Assembly: GCA_001029775.1 (NCBI GenBank)
Contig: CP011215.1
Coordinates: forward strand, 426,303 to 490,302
DNA from: Candidatus Campbellbacteria bacterium GW2011_OD1_34_28
GTDB taxonomy: Bacteria > Patescibacteriota > Minisyncoccia > Phycocordibacterales > UBA12079
Direction: 5' to 3'
DNA: 64,000 nt
The first letter of the stretch is position 1; each line of letters begins with the position of its first letter. The translations under genes and the position numbers were made by a program. Under the pieces are notes generated by a model. The model made no database searches. It worked only from the letters and a program-made list of their open reading frames with translations, and was not told the origin of the DNA. Of this stretch, positions 47,901-56,962 are shown one piece after another.

Positions 47901-49643
47901 TTATCTAGAAAAGATTTTCCAAATATTTTCTGTCTCTATAAACCAACTGTGAACTCCAAAAAATCTTTCTGACGGCAAGGTGATTTGTCCCAAGTTTATA
48001 CCTTTTATTTTATTACTTGTTATGTAAATAAAATCTGGGGAATAAATAAAGATGGCAGGCATATCAGATTCAATATTTTCTTGGAATTTGAAGAATTTTT
48101 CAATTCTATCTTCTTCGTCTCTTGATGATCTTACTTGTTCAAGCAGTTTGTCACTATTGGCATTTGCGTATGATGCAATGTTTAATCCTGGGTCGTTTCT
48201 TTGTGAAGAATGCCAGAAAGCAAACAGATCCATATCTCTACCAATTATTTCTCCAAACAACAAAGCGTCGTATTCTCTGGGTCTTATAATATTTTGATTA
48301 AGATCTCCTATTTCAAATATTTTTACTGTTACCTTTGCACCCACACTTTCCCAATTTTCTTTTACTATATTGGCAGCCGCTTTTAATTCGGGAGCATCAG
48401 ATGTTGCAAGTTCAAATTCTAAGACTGTGTTTACTTTTTTGATTGTCTTTTCCCGTATTTTTGTTTCCTCATTTATTTCCCAGCCGTTACTTTCCAAAAG
48501 CTCAATTGCTTTTTGAGGGTTGAATTCTCCCTCTATGTCTTTATTAAAATATTGAGATGTTGTTGGCACTGGCCCATATATTGGCGTTCCAAAACCACTC
48601 AAAACTTCTCTCACAATTCTTTCTCTGTCTACCGCTTTGTTCAAAGCTTTTCTTACTTCGGAATTGGTAAAGACGGCATTTTGATTTTGATTAAAGAAGA
48701 TACCGAAAATTCTAGGCAATGGAACATTTTCAATTCTGCTACCGTTTTTTTCAAGTTCGAGGGCTTGTTCGGGTGATATTGTATTTATGTCCTCCACATA
48801 ACCTTTTTTGTATGCATTAATCAATGTTTCTTCGTTTGGATAAAATCTAATTATTATTTTTGATATGTACGGTTCTCCCAAGGCATATTTTGTAAAAGGT
48901 TTTAATTCGTATTTCTCCATTATTCCGGAAGAATTCATTTTTGTTGAAATTATTCTATATGGTCCTGAACCAATCGGCTCTATATTTAATTGACTGAAAG
49001 CAAATTGCTCCGGCTCAACTTTTTCCCAAATGTGTTTCGGAAGGATACCGAGAGTTAGGTTTTCTGTAAAAGGTGAGTAAGGTGTTTTTAAAATAAATTG
49101 AATTTGTTTTTGGTCAATTATTTTTACTCCTACACCTTCCCAGTTTGGTCTTTTGGGACTTTTGACTATGTTGTCCAAAGACATTCTAACTGTGTACGCG
49201 ATGTCTTCTGTTGTAACAGCAACTCCATCGTGAAAAGAAGCATCTTCTTTTAAGGTAACTGTATATATTAATCCATCTTCTGATATCTCATAATTTTCAG
49301 CCAAGTCAGGAACAACCTTTCCGTCTGGGGTTGCTTTTAAAAGTCCTGAATAGACGAGTGCTGTTAGGTCTCTGTCGGTATTTGATATCGCGAGTAGGGG
49401 ATTGATAAATCTTGGAGAACCGATAAGTCCTTCTATTATTTCACCACCACTTTTTGGAACTTCAGCAAAAAAGTTTTTGTTAATTTCTTTTAACATTAAA
49501 AATGTACTGCCGAATAAAACAAAAGCAAAAAACCAGAAGATAACTTTTTCTGTTAAACTGAATGTTCCAAGTAGATTACCTATTTTTTCCAATTTCGGTA
49601 AATAGAACTTACGAAATATAAACTTAGCGTTTTTTGAGTCCAC
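47901..49643 (-). CDS. ABC transporter substrate-binding protein, family 5 (peptide/nickel, OppA/DppA-like), membrane anchored
   Basis: N-terminal TM/signal anchor, size and SBP family-5 sequence pattern. Confidence 0.7.
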   Translation of the reverse strand: MDSKNAKFIFRKFYLPKLEKIGNLLGTFSLTEKVIFWFFAFVLFGSTFLMLKEINKNFFAEVPKSGGEIIEGLIGSPRFINPLLAISNTDRDLTALVYSGLLKATPDGKVVPDLAENYEISEDGLIYTVTLKEDASFHDGVAVTTEDIAYTVRMSLDNIVKSPKRPNWEGVGVKIIDQKQIQFILKTPYSPFTENLTLGILPKHIWEKVEPEQFAFSQLNIEPIGSGPYRIISTKMNSSGIMEKYELKPFTKYALGEPYISKIIIRFYPNEETLINAYKKGYVEDINTISPEQALELEKNGSRIENVPLPRIFGIFFNQNQNAVFTNSEVRKALNKAVDRERIVREVLSGFGTPIYGPVPTTSQYFNKDIEGEFNPQKAIELLESNGWEINEETKIREKTIKKVNTVLEFELATSDAPELKAAANIVKENWESVGAKVTVKIFEIGDLNQNIIRPREYDALLFGEIIGRDMDLFAFWHSSQRNDPGLNIASYANANSDKLLEQVRSSRDEEDRIEKFFKFQENIESDMPAIFIYSPDFIYITSNKIKGINLGQITLPSERFFGVHSWFIETENIWKIFSR

Positions 49644-49706
49644 AATATAAATATTTTAACCTGTCTTAATGGTTAAGACAATGTGAGAAAAAAACTAAAA
49701 TGTTTC

Positions 49707-49937
49707 TTATATGATCAAAGCTATAAAAGCTGAAGCTACAAAAAGAATAGCAAGAGTAACTGTGATATAAAAGAAAATCTTTTCTGCGCCTCTTCTTGTG
49801 TGTCTTGCAGAAAAATTGTCTCCACCACCAAAAGCACCTCCCAAGTCATTACCAGTTTGTTGAATCAAAATGGCTGCTACAAGGAGAACAGCTAGTGTTA
49901 TCTGTATAAAAGGAAGTATATTAGTTAAATTTTCCAT
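49707..49937 (-). CDS. secG: Preprotein translocase subunit SecG
   Basis: Two TM helices separated by glycine-rich GNDLGGAFGGGDNF loop; leaderless-type TATAAT 8 nt before ATG. Confidence 0.8.
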   Translation of the reverse strand: MENLTNILPFIQITLAVLLVAAILIQQTGNDLGGAFGGGDNFSARHTRRGAEKIFFYITVTLAILFVASAFIALII

Positions 49938-50183
49938 CCCCAGAATTATAGCAAGAAGACTTAAAAAAGCAATAGAAGTCCTAAAAGTTTATAAAGTTTG
50001 TAAAGTTCATAAAGTCCGTAAAGTTATGTATGTAATCAGAGTCGAGCCTCGAGAAATAGGGAATTAAACTTTTAAAATAAAGGATTTTTTAGCATTGACA
50101 AAGATGTTGTATTATACTATAATAATAAAAGAATAAGGGTTGGCTATGGGAGGCTGGCTCAAAAAAGAAAGAGGGTAAAAAAA

Positions 50184-50300
50184 ATGATGTACACAACGAA
50201 GATGTTGGAGATTATCTCCACCTTGACTGAAGTAGATGAGGCTGCTGCCGTAGCGATGTTGCTCGGAGACCTCGAAGAGTCTGAGATCAGTTTCGACTGA
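50184..50300 (+). CDS. Micro-ORF (38 codons, acidic peptide MMYTTKMLEIISTLTEVDEAAAVAMLLGDLEESEISFD) with promoter TTGACA-N17-TATAAT and GAGGG SD, followed by terminator
   Basis: Promoter at ~50096..50125; GC-elevated codons; terminator ATCCCCCGAG CTTCGG CTCTGGGGGAT T4ATTT at 50313..50346; speculative. Confidence 0.3.
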   Translation: MMYTTKMLEIISTLTEVDEAAAVAMLLGDLEESEISFD

Positions 50301-50378
50301 TCTCGCAATTTAATCCCCCGAGCTTCGGCTCTGGGGGATTTTTATTTACCCGAGGTCGGACCTCGGGTAAATAAAAAG

Positions 50379-50420
50379 AGGGATTTTGCTAAAGCAAAAT
50401 CCCTCTTTATTTATTTCGTA
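50379..50420 (-). terminator. Intrinsic terminator of topA (GAGGGATTTTGC...GCAAAATCCCTC + T-run on minus strand); part of a cluster of four hairpins 50283..50420
   Basis: 12-bp stem with A-run upstream on plus strand (T-run on minus). Confidence 0.7.
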
Positions 50421-50469
50421 TTACTTATTCCTCACCCCTTACTCCTTAACCCTTAACCCTTAACCCTTA

Positions 50470-52689
50470 CTACTTGCTACTCAACTTATCCGGCCTATGG
50501 TTCGGGCAATTTTTATCACTACATCTGTCAGGGATTGTTTTGGTACCTTTCATCATCAGCTTGCCACACATTGGGCAAAGATTTCCTGTTGGCTCTGCTT
50601 TGATAGCCAACTTACAATCGGGATAATTTGAACAAGAATAAAATTCTCCAAATCTCCCTCTTCTTTTTACCATATATCCGTTCTTACATTCGGTACACTT
50701 AACACCAGTAGAATTTTTTCTTTCCAATTCTTCATCTTTTTTTACAAACTTACATTTTGGATAATTTGAACAAGCAATAAATCTTCCAAATTTTCCGTCT
50801 CTCTCTACCAAAGGATTTCCACAATCAGGACATGGCTCGCCAGTTTCTTTCGGACCTTCCAATTCTTTTCCTTCTATTGTTCGAGCACCATTACAATCTG
50901 GAAATTTTGCACAGCTCATAAATTTGCCATTTTTTGCAAGTTTAATAACCATTGCGCCCCCACACTCTGGACATTTAAATTCTTTTGGTGCATCACCCAG
51001 ATTGGTTATTTTTTCTATTCCTTCTTTTGCTTTAATATCTTTTGTAAAAGGTGTGTAAAATTCTGTTAGAGTTTTTACATAATCTCTTTCTCCATTTGCT
51101 ATTTCGTCCAATTTATCTTCCATCTCGGCAGTAAACAAATCGCTGATGTAGTTTTCAAAATGATTTTCCAAAAAAGTACTCACTACTTCGCCTGTGTCTG
51201 TTGGTCGCAAAGCAGTTCCTTCTTTGTCGGCATAAGCGCGGTCTTTTAATGTTTTTATAATTGTCGCATAGGTGCTGGGACGACCAATTCCTCTTTTCTC
51301 CAATTCTTTAATCAGACCAGCTTCGGAGTATCTTTGAGGTGGTTGAGTCTGCTTGTCTTCTACATTCATTTTTAATAAATCTAAATCCTCGCCAATTTTT
51401 ATTGCAGGCAATTCTGTGTCTTCTCCTCGAGCAGAAGGATCGGCCAAAAGCCATCCATCAAAAAGAACTCGAGATCCGTTTATATTAAATTCTGGTATTC
51501 TTGCCTCGCCGGCAGGCAGGTTTTCTTTTCCCTCAACATCAACGACGATTTTTGATCTTAATATTTTTGCATCGGACATTTGAGAGGCAATTGTTCTTTG
51601 CCAAATCAATCTATACAATTTTTTCTGTTCATCGGTTGATCCAACATTTTCTTTTGTTATGCTTGTTGGACGAATTGCTTCGTGAGCTTCTTGTGCATTT
51701 TTTGACTTTGTTTTGTATACTCTCGCCTCAACATATTTCTTGCCGTATTTTTTTTCTATCTCGCTTAAAATTTGTTTTTGAGCAGTTTGGCTAATTGTCG
51801 TGCTGTCAGTTCTCATATAAGTAATGTATCCTGCTTCGTACAATTTTTGGGCGACACCCATTGTCTTGCTTGGAGCAAATCCCATTCTAGAGCTGGCTGT
51901 TTGTTGTAGTGTAGATGTAGTAAAAGGAGCACGAGGAGATCTCTTTGCCTCGGTTTCTTTTAGATCGGCTACTTTCCAAGTGCCGTTATTTCCGACTTCA
52001 AGAATTTTTTCTACTTGATTTTTGTCGCGGGGTTCTTCTGAACAATTCAAGGTAAAAGTAGTTGCAGATTTTGTTTTTACATCTGCGGTGATTACGAAGT
52101 AGTCTTCTGGAATGAAAGCTTTTATTTCTCTTTCTTTTTCAACCAAAATACGCAAAGCAGGGGACTGAACCCTTCCTGCAGAAAGACCATAACGAACTTT
52201 TTTCCAAATCAAACCGCTAAGATCGTATCCAAAAAGTCTATCTAAAACACGACGAGCTTCTTGAGCTCGTCTTAAATTATCATCTATATCACGCGGGTGT
52301 TTCAGCGCTTCTTTGATTGCACTTTCGGTAATTTCGTTAAAGGTCACTCTCTTGATACTTGATACTTGTAACTTATTACTCTTCAAATCCTCTTTTAGGA
52401 TTTGAAGCAGGTGCCACGCAATAGCTTCTCCTTCACGGTCAGGATCGGGGGCGAGAATAATCTCGTCTGCATCCTTTGCAAGAGTCTTTAATTCTTTTAT
52501 CACCTTTTCTTTTCCCTTGATTGTTTCATAGTTGGGAATGAACCCTCCTTCTATATCTATGGCTGTTTTATTGCTTTTAGGCAAATCACGAATATGTCCC
52601 ACAGATGATGTGACAACGTAATCTTTGCCAAGATATTTATTAATAGTCTTTGCTTTCGCAGGAGACTCTACTATCAAAAGTTTTGACAT
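50470..52689 (-). CDS. topA: DNA topoisomerase I with C-terminal zinc-ribbon repeats
   Basis: TOPRIM MSKLLIVESPAKAKTI, catalytic region, multiple CPxCG zinc fingers. Confidence 0.95.
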   Translation of the reverse strand: MSKLLIVESPAKAKTINKYLGKDYVVTSSVGHIRDLPKSNKTAIDIEGGFIPNYETIKGKEKVIKELKTLAKDADEIILAPDPDREGEAIAWHLLQILKEDLKSNKLQVSSIKRVTFNEITESAIKEALKHPRDIDDNLRRAQEARRVLDRLFGYDLSGLIWKKVRYGLSAGRVQSPALRILVEKEREIKAFIPEDYFVITADVKTKSATTFTLNCSEEPRDKNQVEKILEVGNNGTWKVADLKETEAKRSPRAPFTTSTLQQTASSRMGFAPSKTMGVAQKLYEAGYITYMRTDSTTISQTAQKQILSEIEKKYGKKYVEARVYKTKSKNAQEAHEAIRPTSITKENVGSTDEQKKLYRLIWQRTIASQMSDAKILRSKIVVDVEGKENLPAGEARIPEFNINGSRVLFDGWLLADPSARGEDTELPAIKIGEDLDLLKMNVEDKQTQPPQRYSEAGLIKELEKRGIGRPSTYATIIKTLKDRAYADKEGTALRPTDTGEVVSTFLENHFENYISDLFTAEMEDKLDEIANGERDYVKTLTEFYTPFTKDIKAKEGIEKITNLGDAPKEFKCPECGGAMVIKLAKNGKFMSCAKFPDCNGARTIEGKELEGPKETGEPCPDCGNPLVERDGKFGRFIACSNYPKCKFVKKDEELERKNSTGVKCTECKNGYMVKRRGRFGEFYSCSNYPDCKLAIKAEPTGNLCPMCGKLMMKGTKTIPDRCSDKNCPNHRPDKLSSK

Positions 52690-52831
52690 AGTTAGACAAA
52701 GTATAACAGATGTAGAAAAAAAGCAAGCGCAGGTATTGACAAATATTTATTTTATTATAGTATATTGGCAGGATTCAACGGCGTTTGTGCTGTTGAGAAA
52801 TTAAAATTTTTAGGTTTTAGGAGGTGTTCGT

Positions 52832-53992
52832 ATGGCAAAGTCACTGGTAGGAATTCAGACATTGGAGTCTCTCGCTGGCTGGAAAATGATCGCCGAGAGG
52901 ACTAACGAGACCGAGGAGACTGTCCAGACCGGTCAGACCAAACCCGCAGAGTTCCGGATTTATCGGAACGATGACTTGGGGGTCGAGATTCATGTCCGGC
53001 GTTCGCTGGTCAAGGAAGGACTCGATTTCCTGCCTGGGATGGTAAAGGATGTCGAGACAGGAAAAGACCTGTGGAGTTTTTTTCAGGAGCAGTCCAAAGG
53101 ACTCGGACACCTGCTCGCCATTAACGGCGAGGTGGTCATCGGCCTGGAGGAGTGGGGCGATCTGAAGAAGGTCATCCCCGTCGCCGATCTGCGCAAGCAG
53201 AAGACCGTCGTCGTTGATGGCGTGTCCAAAATTGTCGGTGGTCGTGGCGTTCTCGCTACGGTCGATCTCAAACACTCGGTTGCCGAGGCGCTTTCTACCG
53301 ATCAGGGCAGGAGCATCAAGGCCAACATCACCGACGCCGAGCGCGCGGTGATGAGAAAACTTTCTGATGCCCGCAAGGCCAGTGAGGAGCGTGAGCGATT
53401 GGCACGGGAAACCGCGCGTCGCGAGCGGATCGCCAAGATCAAGAGCCGGCAACAGATTTCCGGCATGGTCGTGGAGAACGGCAGGGGTTCGCGTTGGGCG
53501 ATTCCTGTCACAGAAGACGAATGGATGTCTTTTGGGACCGACGACGGCATGGTTGCCATCGTTGCCGGTTTCGGTGAAGACGGCAAGCCCATCGTTCCCG
53601 AAGACGGAGTGGTGGAGGCATTTTTCATTCAGTATCGCAAGGGCGGTGGTGGACGGCCGGAGAAGAAGGCACAGGTGAAAATCCGTCTTCGTGGCTACGA
53701 ACAGGCCGAGCCCGTGAAGGAAGCATCCGTCTCCGCACCGACGCTCGTCAAACTGGAAACCGTCTTTATCGAGGTTTCCAAGGATCAGGCGAAATCCCTC
53801 GGCATCGATTCCGGATTTCAGGAAGTCAGTCTTACGGATGCAGAGGGGATTTCCACTCTGCGGAAGGCAGGTCTCAACAGCGGTGCGCTCGTCGCGATCT
53901 CCGCCACCGACGGATCCGATCGGATTCAGGTGGAGAAGTTCGTTGACGGCCAGACGCAGACCTTGGGCCTCTTTAATCCGATCACGATGTGA
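52832..53992 (+). CDS. Hypothetical protein (386 aa) in ~58% GC cassette with TTGACA promoter, AGGAGGTG SD and hairpin terminator; two globular halves joined by basic coiled-coil (ERERLARETARRERIAKIKSRQQ)
   Basis: SD 52817..52824; promoter gtaTTGACAaat...TAGTAT at ~52762..52795; terminator CCCGTCGTTGC...GCAACGACGGG T6 at 54013..54062. Confidence 0.7.
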   Translation: MAKSLVGIQTLESLAGWKMIAERTNETEETVQTGQTKPAEFRIYRNDDLGVEIHVRRSLVKEGLDFLPGMVKDVETGKDLWSFFQEQSKGLGHLLAINGEVVIGLEEWGDLKKVIPVADLRKQKTVVVDGVSKIVGGRGVLATVDLKHSVAEALSTDQGRSIKANITDAERAVMRKLSDARKASEERERLARETARRERIAKIKSRQQISGMVVENGRGSRWAIPVTEDEWMSFGTDDGMVAIVAGFGEDGKPIVPEDGVVEAFFIQYRKGGGGRPEKKAQVKIRLRGYEQAEPVKEASVSAPTLVKLETVFIEVSKDQAKSLGIDSGFQEVSLTDAEGISTLRKAGLNSGALVAISATDGSDRIQVEKFVDGQTQTLGLFNPITM

Positions 53993-54146
53993 TCTGGACT
54001 AACGGCCCAAACCCGTCGTTGCATGTTGGATCCCTCCAATATTCGCAACGACGGGTTTTTTAATTGTATTGACATCTTTGTTATTTTAAATAGTATTTAG
54101 GTAGGATTTTATAGATTCTTTACTTTAATTTAAGAGGAGGTGTTAT

Positions 54147-54362
54147 ATGCCAGCAACAGAAAAAGATTGGAGAAATTGGCAAGATATCAATGGTAATTCG
54201 GAAGGACTAAGTCCAACCGAATTAATGAACATTCGTTATCGTCACGGCAGAGCCGAGGCTGTAAGGGCAATCACCTGTCCACCGGGGAGAGACCCTCAGA
54301 CATGGGAAGATCAGATTCAAAATTTTTTGGTGTCCAAGGAATTCGGACATCGCGTTCATTAA
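54147..54362 (+). CDS. Small hypothetical protein (71 aa) with GAGGAGGTG SD, own TTGACA-N16-TAGTAT promoter and terminator GGCGGAGTGTC ACAA GACACTCCGCC T7
   Basis: SD at 54133..54141; promoter at ~54071..54099; terminator 54376..54408. Confidence 0.6.
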   Translation: MPATEKDWRNWQDINGNSEGLSPTELMNIRYRHGRAEAVRAITCPPGRDPQTWEDQIQNFLVSKEFGHRVH

Positions 54363-54494
54363 GGGGGGATAGGCGGAGTGTCACAAGACACTCCGCCTAT
54401 TTTTTTGTGTATATTTCAATAATTCAGTATGTTATTATTTAAACTATATTTTAGTTTGTAGTGGGTAGTTTTTAGTGAGTAGTAATTATTTTTT

Positions 54495-56738
54495 ATGTAT
54501 CTAAAATCGTTAGAAATTTCTGGATTTAAATCGTTTGCAAAAAAAGATTCTTTGGATTTTACATCGCCAATTTCTGCGATTGTTGGTCCAAATGGGTCAG
54601 GCAAATCAAATGTCGCCGAAGCTTTTCGGTTTGTTTTGGGTGAACAATCTTTAAAATCTTTGCGAGGGAAAAGAGGAGAAGATTTAATATTTTCTGGATC
54701 AAAAAATGAAAGATCTCTGAACAGAGCCGGTGTAAAAGTGATCTTTGATAATATCACAAGATTTTTGAATATTGATTTTGATGAAGTCTCAATTGAGAGA
54801 GTGGTATTCAAAGACGGTGTAAACCAATATTTTATAAATGGAACACAAGTTCGTTTGAAAGATATTATTGAACTGTTGGCAGGGGCAAATATTGGTTCTT
54901 CCGGACATCATATTATTTCACAAGGAGAAGCAGACAGAATTTTGAGTGTAAATATAAAAGAAAGAAGAGAGATGATAGAAGATGCTCTGGGACTTAAAAT
55001 CTACCAATACAAAATAAGTGAGAGTGAAAAGAAATTGGATAAGGTAGAAGAAAATCTTCAGTCGGTAGAGTCTTTGCGAAGAGAAATAAAACCACATTTG
55101 AGATTTTTAGAAAAACAGGTAAAGAAAATAGAACAATCGGTAGAATTGCGAGACAAGTTAAGAGATTTATATAAAGAATATTTTAAAAGAGAGGATGTAT
55201 ATTTGAAATATCAAAAAAACTATATCAGAGAACACAAAAATCCCCTTGAAGAAAAGATGCGCGTTTTAAACGAGGATCTGGCAGATGCAAAAGAAATTTT
55301 GAGAAAAGAATCAAACAGTTCTCCAAAAGATAATCAGGAATTGATAGAGATTGAAGAGAGATTGAGTGAAAAAAGAAAAGAAAGAAGTAACTTAACGAGA
55401 GAAATCGGACAGTTAGAGGGTATGATTGTTTTTGAAGAAAGAAGAATTGTAAGGGAAGAATCTAGACAAAAAGAAGAAGACGACAGAGTGATAAAGTTTA
55501 AAGATGTAAAAAATTTCCTGTTTGATTTGCAAGACAGTTTTGAAGAATACAAAAATATTTCTATAACAGATGCACTGGATAAAATAAAACACTCAATCTC
55601 TTTTTTCTTGAGTCAAAATTCAAAAACAGCAGAAAATGTTCAGATTGATAAAAGCGAAATAGATAAATTAAAAAGAGAAAAGAACGAAATGGAGAGAAAA
55701 TTGGAAGTAGTTGTTCGCGAAGAGAAAGAATTGGCAGAGACCTTCGAGAATATAAAAAAACAATTTGAAAAAGATAAAGATTCTAGTCGTATTGCGGAAT
55801 TAAAAATATTTGAGATCAATGCTAAAAAGGCGGAAGCAGAAGCAAGACTTAATTCTATAAAAGAGCTTGAATATAAGGTGGGTATGGAGGATGAAAATTT
55901 CAAGAGGGAATTGAACGAGGCATTTGTTTTAGCAGGTAGAGAATCTACTCAATTTTTTGGTTTTCAGATCACCGAAGAAGAAGTGATGAGAGAAGAAAGA
56001 AAATTACAAATGGAGAGAGGCAGGGAAATTGAAAAGATTAAAATTAAATTGGAAGATATGGGAGCAGGATCCAGTGAAGAAGTTTTGAAAGAATATGAGG
56101 ATGTAAAAAATAGGGAAGAATTTTTGACAAGAGAAATAGAGGATTTGGAAAAATCTGCGATTTCTTTGAAAGATTTGATTATGGAATTGAAAGAAAAATT
56201 GAATGTGGAATTTAGAGATGGAACGGAAAAAATAAACAAACAATTTAGTGAATTTTTCAGTTTGATGTTTGGTGGAGGAAGGGCCGAGCTGCTTATTGTT
56301 AAAAATAAAAAGAGAAGGAGAAATGATTTTGGTTTAGACTTGGAAGGAGAAACTGCTGATATGGAAGACGAAGAAGAAACAGAAGAGGGAATTGATATCA
56401 ATGTTTCTTTGCCGAATAAAAAGACCAAAGGTTTGCAGATGCTCTCAGGTGGAGAAAGATCTCTTACATCTATTGCACTTTTATTTGCGATGTCACAAAT
56501 TAAACCACCTCCTTTTATCATTTTGGACGAAACAGATGCAGCATTGGATGAAGCAAATTCTCGTCGTTACGGAGATATGATAGAAAGTCTCTCAAAATAT
56601 TCTCAGTTGATTCTGATTACTCACAATAGAGAAACAATGTCTCGCGCAGGAATATTGTATGGGATTACAATGGGTATGGATGGGGTGTCACGATTACTGT
56701 CAGTTAAATTAGAAGAGGCGGTGAAAGTAGCAAAATAA
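54495..56738 (+). CDS. smc: SMC-family chromosome-associated ATPase (short, 747 aa; Walker A GPNGSGKSN, signature LSGGERSLTSIALLFAM, D-loop ILDETDAALDE)
   Basis: N- and C-terminal ABC-ATPase halves separated by long coiled-coil; shorter than canonical SMC so could be an SbcC/RecN-like paralogue. Confidence 0.75.
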   Translation: MYLKSLEISGFKSFAKKDSLDFTSPISAIVGPNGSGKSNVAEAFRFVLGEQSLKSLRGKRGEDLIFSGSKNERSLNRAGVKVIFDNITRFLNIDFDEVSIERVVFKDGVNQYFINGTQVRLKDIIELLAGANIGSSGHHIISQGEADRILSVNIKERREMIEDALGLKIYQYKISESEKKLDKVEENLQSVESLRREIKPHLRFLEKQVKKIEQSVELRDKLRDLYKEYFKREDVYLKYQKNYIREHKNPLEEKMRVLNEDLADAKEILRKESNSSPKDNQELIEIEERLSEKRKERSNLTREIGQLEGMIVFEERRIVREESRQKEEDDRVIKFKDVKNFLFDLQDSFEEYKNISITDALDKIKHSISFFLSQNSKTAENVQIDKSEIDKLKREKNEMERKLEVVVREEKELAETFENIKKQFEKDKDSSRIAELKIFEINAKKAEAEARLNSIKELEYKVGMEDENFKRELNEAFVLAGRESTQFFGFQITEEEVMREERKLQMERGREIEKIKIKLEDMGAGSSEEVLKEYEDVKNREEFLTREIEDLEKSAISLKDLIMELKEKLNVEFRDGTEKINKQFSEFFSLMFGGGRAELLIVKNKKRRRNDFGLDLEGETADMEDEEETEEGIDINVSLPNKKTKGLQMLSGGERSLTSIALLFAMSQIKPPPFIILDETDAALDEANSRRYGDMIESLSKYSQLILITHNRETMSRAGILYGITMGMDGVSRLLSVKLEEAVKVAK

Positions 56739-56819
56739 GAGCACTTTGTCTCGTATAAACTCCTCAGCTCAGCAGACCTAAAAGATTTATCTTTTAGGTC
56801 TGCTTTCACTTTACGTCGT

Positions 56820-56948
56820 TTATAATTCCAAAATTAAAGAATTTCTTCGTCGACTAAGAAAAAAACTTCCTCATCGTAATCGTATTTAAAATACGACTCG
56901 GAAGTTTTTTTCTTGTCTTCTCGAACTTCATTTAATTTTGGAATTATT
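56820..56948. mobile_element. MITE-like element, copy E (near-perfect 130 bp hairpin, centre CGTATTTAAAATACG)
   Basis: TIR ATTCCAAAATTAAAGAATTTCTTCGTCG / CTCGAACTTCATTTAATTTTGGAAT; arms complementary over ~45 bp. Confidence 0.7.
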
Positions 56949-56962
56949 TTTTTGTTCGTGAG

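Noticed and set aside
50420-50470. TTAACCC x3 as a telomere-like repeat
   Set aside because: There are only three units, inside a bacterial intergenic terminator region. This is most likely coincidental simple sequence.
52832-54362. Possibility that the GC-rich blocks are rRNA or tRNA genes or assembly chimeras
   Set aside because: They contain long open reading frames with SD and ATG starts and clear terminators. Boundaries coincide with promoter and terminator signals rather than arbitrary breakpoints. There are no rRNA or tRNA signatures.
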